Shown here: piece by piece, positions 1 through 3,678 of the stretch
Layout of the letters: the number at the start of each line of letters is the position of its first letter
Numbering within the stretch: the stretch's first letter is position 1
DNA from: a virus
IMG/VR virus record: IMGVR_UViG_3300025851_000085
Length of the DNA: 6,640 nucleotides
Reading direction: 5' to 3' (one strand)
The notes under the pieces: model-generated
The model's input: the letters and a program-made list of their open reading frames with translations, nothing else
What the model was told of the DNA's origin: nothing
The model's database searches: none
Position numbers and translations under genes: made by a program

Positions 1-127
1 AGCACAGCAAACGATTAAGAAAACAACAAAACCTGACATTCCGCTATCAACATTTGATAAAGGCGATTTTTTTACAAATTCAGTTGACGCTTTAAGAAAT
101 TCTGACTTGGGACAGATTTTTATAAAT
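1..127. repeat. Left copy of the exact 127-bp terminal direct repeat (identical to 6514-6640)
   Basis: Base-by-base reading gives agcacagcaaacgattaag...gacagatttttataaat at both ends. The repeat lies inside coding sequence of gene I. Confidence 0.95.
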
Positions 128-343
128 TGCTCTCAGCATCGGTCTGATGGTGTTTTTGATTATTGCTTTAACAATGAAAATGGTGATGTTGTTCGCCCTG
201 AAAATGCAGGTTATCAAGTTTTATACAGTTCTGAATGTCACTCTAAACTTATAAGGGGAAAAATAGAATTAGACGTATATTGCAACCCCGTTTCCTACGC
301 AACAAATGAACCTACACAAAAAGAACCTGGCACTGAAATATAA
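2..343 (+). CDS. gI: 3' end of gene I (pI/Zot-like assembly ATPase): periplasmic C-terminal domain, continuing the ORF at 5597..6640 across the circular junction
   Basis: Position 1 equals position 6514, and the codon phase from ATG 5597 puts codon starts at 6515 = 2. That is the same frame as the listed 107..343 ORF. The stop is TAA at 341-343. The joined ORF is 419 codons. Confidence 0.85.
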   Translation, partial: AQQTIKKTTKPDIPLSTFDKGDFFTNSVDALRNSDLGQIFINCSQHRSDGVFDYCFNNENGDVVRPENAGYQVLYSSECHSKLIRGKIELDVYCNPVSYATNEPTQKEPGTEI

Positions 344-550
344 TTCAGATTTTCTTATATAGCGTAGCGAAAACTTCTCGGTTCTATCGTCAACATATTA
401 GCTTGCGATTTCTGGGGAGTTTTTTCTATTTCAGCGAAACTAAAACCTAAAGGGCTGATGAAAGATATTGTTACGACAGTAGTGAAGTTGTTTTACTAAA
501 TCATAGAAATAAAATAAACATCTGCCGTCCTGCAAAACTTCTCTTTTAAA

Positions 551-579
551 AAATACCTTATAGCCGCTATAGGGTATTT
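551..579. other. Hairpin with 13-bp stem and 3-nt loop (aaataccttatag ccg ctatagggtattt)
   Basis: Positions 551-563 pair with 579-567, giving 12 Watson-Crick pairs plus one T:G (558:572). Read on the minus strand, the stem is followed by a T-run. Confidence 0.6.
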
Positions 580-614
580 ATAACAGCCATAAGATATTTA
601 TTTTTAAATTAAGA

Positions 615-642
615 TTGCGTTTTTAAATTAAACTGTTATTGT
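615..642 (+). promoter_or_regulatory. Candidate sigma70-type promoter for the 675-2253 operon
   Basis: TTGCGT (615-620), a 16-nt spacer, then TATTGT (637-642), about 30 nt upstream of ATG 675. The hexamer matches are weak (3/6 and 4/6). Confidence 0.25.
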
Positions 643-674
643 TAACTTAACTTACTAAAAAAAGGTATCAAATT

Positions 675-926
675 ATGAAACCACTAAATGAAAGTCGTGT
701 AATGATTCATCAAATTAATGATTTTGTTTTAGATAGAATCAGAATTATAAAATCAGAAGGGGGTTATGTTGCACACCTCCATATTGATGGAGATATTTTT
801 GTTTTAATAACTCAAAAAAATGAAATTAGAAAATTTAAAACAATTGATGCTGCCTTTAATGTTTTACGTGTTTATTGTGAAAGCCAGTGTGTTCCTTTTG
901 AAGTCAGACGTTCTTTAGCCGCCTAG
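675..926 (+). CDS. Hypothetical 83-aa soluble protein, first gene of the replication-module operon
   Basis: ORF with AAGG 9 nt upstream of the ATG. It is packed 9 nt from the next ORF. No signal peptide or transmembrane segment, and no family recognised by eye. Confidence 0.6.
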   Translation: MKPLNESRVMIHQINDFVLDRIRIIKSEGGYVAHLHIDGDIFVLITQKNEIRKFKTIDAAFNVLRVYCESQCVPFEVRRSLAA

Positions 927-935
927 GGGGTTATT

Positions 936-1136
936 ATGATTGATACAGCTTATGTTCTTATGTTTAACAATAGGTTTTTCAGAAAGTTTGGAAAATCAAA
1001 AAGGGTGCAAACTGCTTGGAGCTTAGCAGGAGCGGAATTGTTTTTAAGTACAGATGATGCTTTTGATGTTCAAATTAAATTAGAAGCTTTAGGAAAGAAA
1101 AACTTTCTAGTTAAAACGGTTCGTTTAGACGTTTAA
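936..1136 (+). CDS. Hypothetical 66-aa basic protein
   Basis: ORF with a strong SD (GGGGG, 5 nt spacer). It sits tightly between the 675 ORF and gene II (10-nt gaps). No family recognised. Confidence 0.6.
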   Translation: MIDTAYVLMFNNRFFRKFGKSKRVQTAWSLAGAELFLSTDDAFDVQIKLEALGKKNFLVKTVRLDV

Positions 1137-1146
1137 AGGGTGAAAA

Positions 1147-2253
1147 ATGAAAAATCAAACATTATCTGATGGGTATTTTTTCGACTGGCTTTCAATGTCA
1201 CAATTGCACCCAGAAGCCAATTTACCCATTGTTGCCTCTAGGCTTAAAACTGACACATGCTTAAAGACAGGGGAGGTTATACTTTATAAAGTTCCTATGG
1301 TTCATGAGGGTAGTTATTCAACGTCTATTGAAGTTAAATGTGATGGTAATCGCATTACCGTTAAGGGCAATCCATCACGATTTAATAGGGCTGATAATCT
1401 TTTTGGTTATTCTAATCTAGAAGATTGTGTTTCGGTTTATAATAAAATCTTAACTTCCTTGGATTTACCACCATTTACAGAAACAACAAAAATTGACAAT
1501 GTTTGGAATTTTAAATCTAATTGTTTTAATCAAATGCCAAACGGTGCAATTGTATTACAAGTTCACGTAACCAAAAATTACTTTGTTGGTGAGGGCAATG
1601 TTAAAAATTTCATTCGTTCTTTAGGTTCTTATGCTTACCGCTCAAAATTACCTATGATTTACCCAAATGGTTGCACTATTGATTGGAGCGCAGGAAGTAG
1701 GACGCTTTATATAAAACTCTACTGCAAATATACTTCCATGCTTAAAGAGAGAAAAAAGCTAGTAAGCCGCTATACTGAAGCTGAGATGGAGTATTATGAT
1801 AGGGTTATGCAGTATTGCTTAGAAAATGGTATTGCACGTTTAGAGTATGAATTTAAAAGTCAGTTTTTAGCTACAAGAAATTTAAGGTTTTACGGGGTTG
1901 GTGATATGAACGATTTATTAAAGTTTAGATTTGTAGAAGATAAGTTAGAAAAAATGGAAAATATTGTGACCGATTACACCTCTATAGCTGATGAATTATT
2001 ATGTACGGGTATAGTAAAAACTCGTCAATCTGCCAACTCAACTCAGTCTTATTTTTTCATGTGGTTACATGGTCAAGACATTAGAAAAGCCATAACTAAA
2101 AGTAATTTTTACGTACATCGTAACCGTTTATTATTACTTGGTTATGATATTTGTGACCAAATTAATGTTTCAGCTATGCCTATTCGCGTTAAAAATACCT
2201 CAATTCTTTCTATTTCTGAGGCGATAGTTCCAGATTGGTATTATGTTGCTTAA
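1147..2253 (+). CDS. gII: Replication initiation (nicking) protein, phage gene II / CRI family
   Basis: 368-aa ORF with SD AAGGGTGA. By eye it aligns with recalled M13 pII motifs: VKGNPSRFNRADNLFG with ASPAKVLQGHNVFG, GIARLEYEFKSQFL with GLVRFEARIKTRYL, and the C-terminal VPDWYY with RPDWYN. Confidence 0.85.
   Translation: MKNQTLSDGYFFDWLSMSQLHPEANLPIVASRLKTDTCLKTGEVILYKVPMVHEGSYSTSIEVKCDGNRITVKGNPSRFNRADNLFGYSNLEDCVSVYNKILTSLDLPPFTETTKIDNVWNFKSNCFNQMPNGAIVLQVHVTKNYFVGEGNVKNFIRSLGSYAYRSKLPMIYPNGCTIDWSAGSRTLYIKLYCKYTSMLKERKKLVSRYTEAEMEYYDRVMQYCLENGIARLEYEFKSQFLATRNLRFYGVGDMNDLLKFRFVEDKLEKMENIVTDYTSIADELLCTGIVKTRQSANSTQSYFFMWLHGQDIRKAITKSNFYVHRNRLLLLGYDICDQINVSAMPIRVKNTSILSISEAIVPDWYYVA
1906..2253 (+). 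CDS. Possible nested in-frame gene X-like product (C-terminal 115 aa of the initiator)
   Basis: The in-frame ATG at 1906 (GVGD-MNDLL) aligns by eye with the M13 pX start (EGDS-MNIYD). The resulting length (115 aa) is close to pX (111 aa). The SD is poor (GGGG 8 nt upstream, or GGTG too close). Confidence 0.35.
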   Translation: MNDLLKFRFVEDKLEKMENIVTDYTSIADELLCTGIVKTRQSANSTQSYFFMWLHGQDIRKAITKSNFYVHRNRLLLLGYDICDQINVSAMPIRVKNTSILSISEAIVPDWYYVA

Positions 2254-2282
2254 AGAATGCGGTAGTTGTTACACCGCATTCT
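2254..2282. terminator. Hairpin between the convergent gene II and minus-strand genes (10-bp perfect stem, 9-nt loop)
   Basis: agaatgcggt (2254-2263) pairs with accgcattct (2273-2282). On the minus strand it is followed by a U-rich CUUUAAG. On the plus strand there is no U-tract. It overlaps the minus-strand stop codon at 2281-2283. Confidence 0.45.
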
Positions 2283-2421
2283 AGTCCTGAGTACGGGACT
2301 CGGTGTCAATTTCAACTTCACCCCCCACAATAAAAGTTACCAACTCGTTCAGGGTAATATCGAGGCTTATCGCTAGCTTTTCAAGACCGTTTTGGGTCTT
2401 TTCGGTTATCTTGATAATCAT
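2281..2421 (-). CDS. 46-aa ribbon-helix-helix-like small DNA-binding protein (putative regulator)
   Basis: Hand translation gives MIIKITEKTQNGLEKLAISLDITLNELVTFIVGGEVEIDTESRTQD, ending in TAG. The SD is AAAGGA with an 8-nt spacer. The pattern is strand-helix-turn-helix, as in CopG/Arc-type proteins. It falls below the ORF-track size cutoff. Confidence 0.55.
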   Translation of the reverse strand: MIIKITEKTQNGLEKLAISLDITLNELVTFIVGGEVEIDTESRTQD

Positions 2422-2554
2422 TGTACATATCCTTTAGTACGTCCGCAGTCGAGATTAACTTACCCCTTTCTGCTGAAATTTCAAGCGCTAGAATCATAAT
2501 TTTTTCAGCAACATCTTCGTAACATCTTATAGTTTTTGTTTTCATGCTTGACAT
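2381..2554 (-). CDS. 57-aa (or 54-aa from ATG 2545) ribbon-helix-helix-like small DNA-binding protein (putative repressor)
   Basis: Hand translation gives MSSMKTKTIRCYEDVAEKIMILALEISAERGKLISTADVLKDMYNDYQDNRKDPKRS, ending in TGA at 2381-2383. AAGG lies 10 nt upstream of the second ATG (2545). The layout is RHH-like, with a G-K-L-I-S-T turn and helix cap. It is divergent from gene V. Confidence 0.55.
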   Translation of the reverse strand: MSSMKTKTIRCYEDVAEKIMILALEISAERGKLISTADVLKDMYNDYQDNRKDPKRS

Positions 2555-2642
2555 ACCTTAATTTATTTTCTAGTGTATACACCGTATACAGTGTTTTAAC
2601 TTATTAGCTGTTTTTTAATTTAATTACTTTTTAGGTGTTCTT
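2555..2642. promoter_or_regulatory. Divergent control region between the minus-strand regulator genes and the gene V to gene I operon, with an operator-like palindrome
   Basis: Perfect palindrome TGTATAC-acc-GTATACA at 2574-2590, which amounts to two GTATAC hexamers 9 bp apart. A consensus -35 TTGACA lies at 2548-2553 on the + strand, with a poor -10 (TAGTGT) 17 nt downstream. The AT-rich tract 2611-2630 has several TAATTT/TTTAAT -10-like hexamers. Confidence 0.5.
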
Positions 2643-2948
2643 ATGAAAATTTTAGTCGTTGGTTCTCGTTATTGTGTTGGTAATAAAAAAGCAGGTGGTT
2701 CTTTTGAGTTTAGCCAAGTATTTGCCGCTTCTCCCATAAATAATTTCCAGTCTGAAAACTTTAGTGTTGTATCGTCCGCAGGTTGTGAACCTGTAGAATT
2801 AAATTGCACTAAAGAAGTAGTAAATCAATTACAAGGGATTTCCCTACCCCGTGAAGTTGAATTTATAGTAACAAATGAGCTAAGAAATGGACAACTTGTT
2901 CCTGTTCTTGAGTCTGTTGATACTTCAAAAATGAGCAAGGTTGCATAA
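2643..2948 (+). CDS. gV: Probable ssDNA-binding protein (gene V-like)
   Basis: 101-aa ORF with SD AGGTG (5 nt spacer), in the position of gene V ahead of the coat genes. The N-terminal segment GNKKAGGSFEFSQVF resembles the recalled Pf3 SSB GTSAKGNPYTFQEGF and the M13 gVp SRQGKPYSLNEQ segment. Confidence 0.6.
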   Translation: MKILVVGSRYCVGNKKAGGSFEFSQVFAASPINNFQSENFSVVSSAGCEPVELNCTKEVVNQLQGISLPREVEFIVTNELRNGQLVPVLESVDTSKMSKVA

Positions 2949-3061
2949 TGACTGAAGTAACCCTAAGCGCTGAACAATTTGACTTTCTTGTCGAGATTGT
3001 AGCCTTGGGGCTTATGCTTATTTCTTTTTATTCTGGTATCAAATTAGGTTATTCAAAATGA
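2948..3061 (+). CDS. 37-aa small hydrophobic protein (pVII/pIX-like minor virion protein candidate)
   Basis: MTEVTLSAEQFDFLVEIVALGLMLISFYSGIKLGYSK. The start overlaps the gene V stop (TAATG at 2946-2950). AAGG lies 7 nt upstream. It has one hydrophobic helix. Not in the ORF track. Confidence 0.55.
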   Translation: MTEVTLSAEQFDFLVEIVALGLMLISFYSGIKLGYSK

Positions 3062-3180
3062 TGTTATCTCCATATTTATCAGAATTATTAAACACTGAAC
3101 TGGGGCAAGCTATTGCCGTTTCTGTTTATGTTTTTGCTTTTATTTCTCTTGGTTATTTAACCATGATGAAAAAGGATTAG
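3058..3180 (+). CDS. 40-aa small hydrophobic protein (pVII/pIX-like minor virion protein candidate)
   Basis: MMLSPYLSELLNTELGQAIAVSVYVFAFISLGYLTMMKKD. The start overlaps the previous stop (ATGA at 3058-3061). It has one hydrophobic helix and a basic tail. Not in the ORF track. Confidence 0.55.
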   Translation: MMLSPYLSELLNTELGQAIAVSVYVFAFISLGYLTMMKKD

Positions 3181-3184
3181 CCCT

Positions 3185-3310
3185 ATGGTTGATCCTGTCA
3201 TTTCCTCCTTAATGGGTAGCTGTTTTTTAATCTGGCTTACTGGTTTTGGAATAGGAAAAATCTGGTCTTTTGTCGAGACCATTTACAAAAAAGCTACTGG
3301 TACTCATTAG
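3185..3310 (+). CDS. 41-aa small hydrophobic protein of unknown role
   Basis: MVDPVISSLMGSCFLIWLTGFGIGKIWSFVETIYKKATGTH. SD AAGGA with an 8-nt spacer. It has one hydrophobic helix and a basic C-terminus. Not in the ORF track. Confidence 0.5.
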   Translation: MVDPVISSLMGSCFLIWLTGFGIGKIWSFVETIYKKATGTH

Positions 3311-3354
3311 CTTTTAACTTTTAACTTACTGCGGTGACGCACGAGGATTTTTAC

Positions 3355-3588
3355 ATGAATAAGCTACAAATGTTTGTTGGTTCTGCTATTGCTACTGGTT
3401 CAATGGCTGTTATGGGTGTGGCTAATGCCGCTTTAGATGGTACTGCTGTTACTGCTCTTGAGACTGAGGTTTTAGCCGATGTTGCAACTGCGTCTGGTTC
3501 TGGCTTTACCGTTTTTACAGTCGTAATTGCAACGTCTGTTGGTTTTGCATTATTAAGCAAATTTATTAATAAAGGCGCTAACGGTTAA
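3355..3588 (+). CDS. gVIII: Major coat protein precursor (pVIII-like), 77 aa
   Basis: ATG 3355 has SD GAGGA with a 7-nt spacer. The signal peptide is MNKLQMFVGSAIATGSMAVMGVANA, with an A-x-A cleavage motif. The predicted ~52-aa mature protein has an acidic N-terminus, a hydrophobic core and a basic C-terminus (KFINKGANG). The track start (GTG 3334) is in the same frame but lacks an SD. Confidence 0.85.
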   Translation: MNKLQMFVGSAIATGSMAVMGVANAALDGTAVTALETEVLADVATASGSGFTVFTVVIATSVGFALLSKFINKGANG

Positions 3589-3612
3589 TTTTAAACCTTA
3601 GTTCTTTAGTGG

Positions 3613-3650
3613 TCGGTGGTGGGGGCGCTTGTCGTCCCCCCATTGACCGA
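3613..3650 (+). terminator. GC-rich imperfect hairpin downstream of the coat gene (terminator and/or origin element)
   Basis: tcggt (3613-3617) pairs with accga (3646-3650), and tggggg (3620-3625) pairs with ccccca (3637-3642), with an internal loop between them. It is a strong GC island in an AT-rich genome. Ff phages carry a strong terminator at this position. There is no clean U-tract after the stem. Confidence 0.5.
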
Positions 3651-3678
3651 TAATGAATTATGATTTTAAGGTAATATC

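Larger units (their letters stand above)
344..674. other. Main intergenic region, the likely location of replication, packaging and promoter signals
   Basis: This is the largest non-coding stretch and has no credible ORF on either strand. It sits between gene I and the gene II operon, where Ff phages carry the origins and packaging signal. It contains a 13-bp hairpin and short direct repeats. Confidence 0.6.

Noticed and set aside
107-343. Listed 78-aa ORF with a TTG start, considered as an independent gene
   Set aside because: It is in the same frame as gene I continued across the circular junction (codons start at position 2). The region upstream of 107 is open in that frame, and part of it duplicates 6514-6640. 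It is therefore the C-terminal tail of pI, not a separate gene.
641-657. TTAACTTA(CT)-type motifs recurring upstream of several genes (about 642-656, 2597-2604, 3313-3330, 5563-5572)
   Set aside because: They are short, AT-rich and low in complexity, at inconsistent distances from start codons, and one copy is inside coding sequence. This is insufficient to call a shared regulatory motif without statistics.
2283-2300. Small inverted repeat agtcc...ggact next to the 2254-2282 hairpin
   Set aside because: The stem is only 5 bp with an 8-nt loop, and it lies inside the 46-aa minus-strand ORF. It is not distinguishable from chance.
3334-3354. GTG start at 3334 for the coat protein (the 84-aa version in the ORF track)
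   Set aside because: It has no SD, whereas ATG 3355 has GAGGA 7 nt upstream and yields a canonical signal peptide starting MNKLQ. The extra MTHEDFY residues would be atypical.
3351-3560. 69-aa minus-strand ORF antisense to the coat gene
   Set aside because: It lies entirely within a high-confidence gene. It is the typical mirror ORF of an Ala/Val/Thr-rich sequence, with no SD and no gene context.
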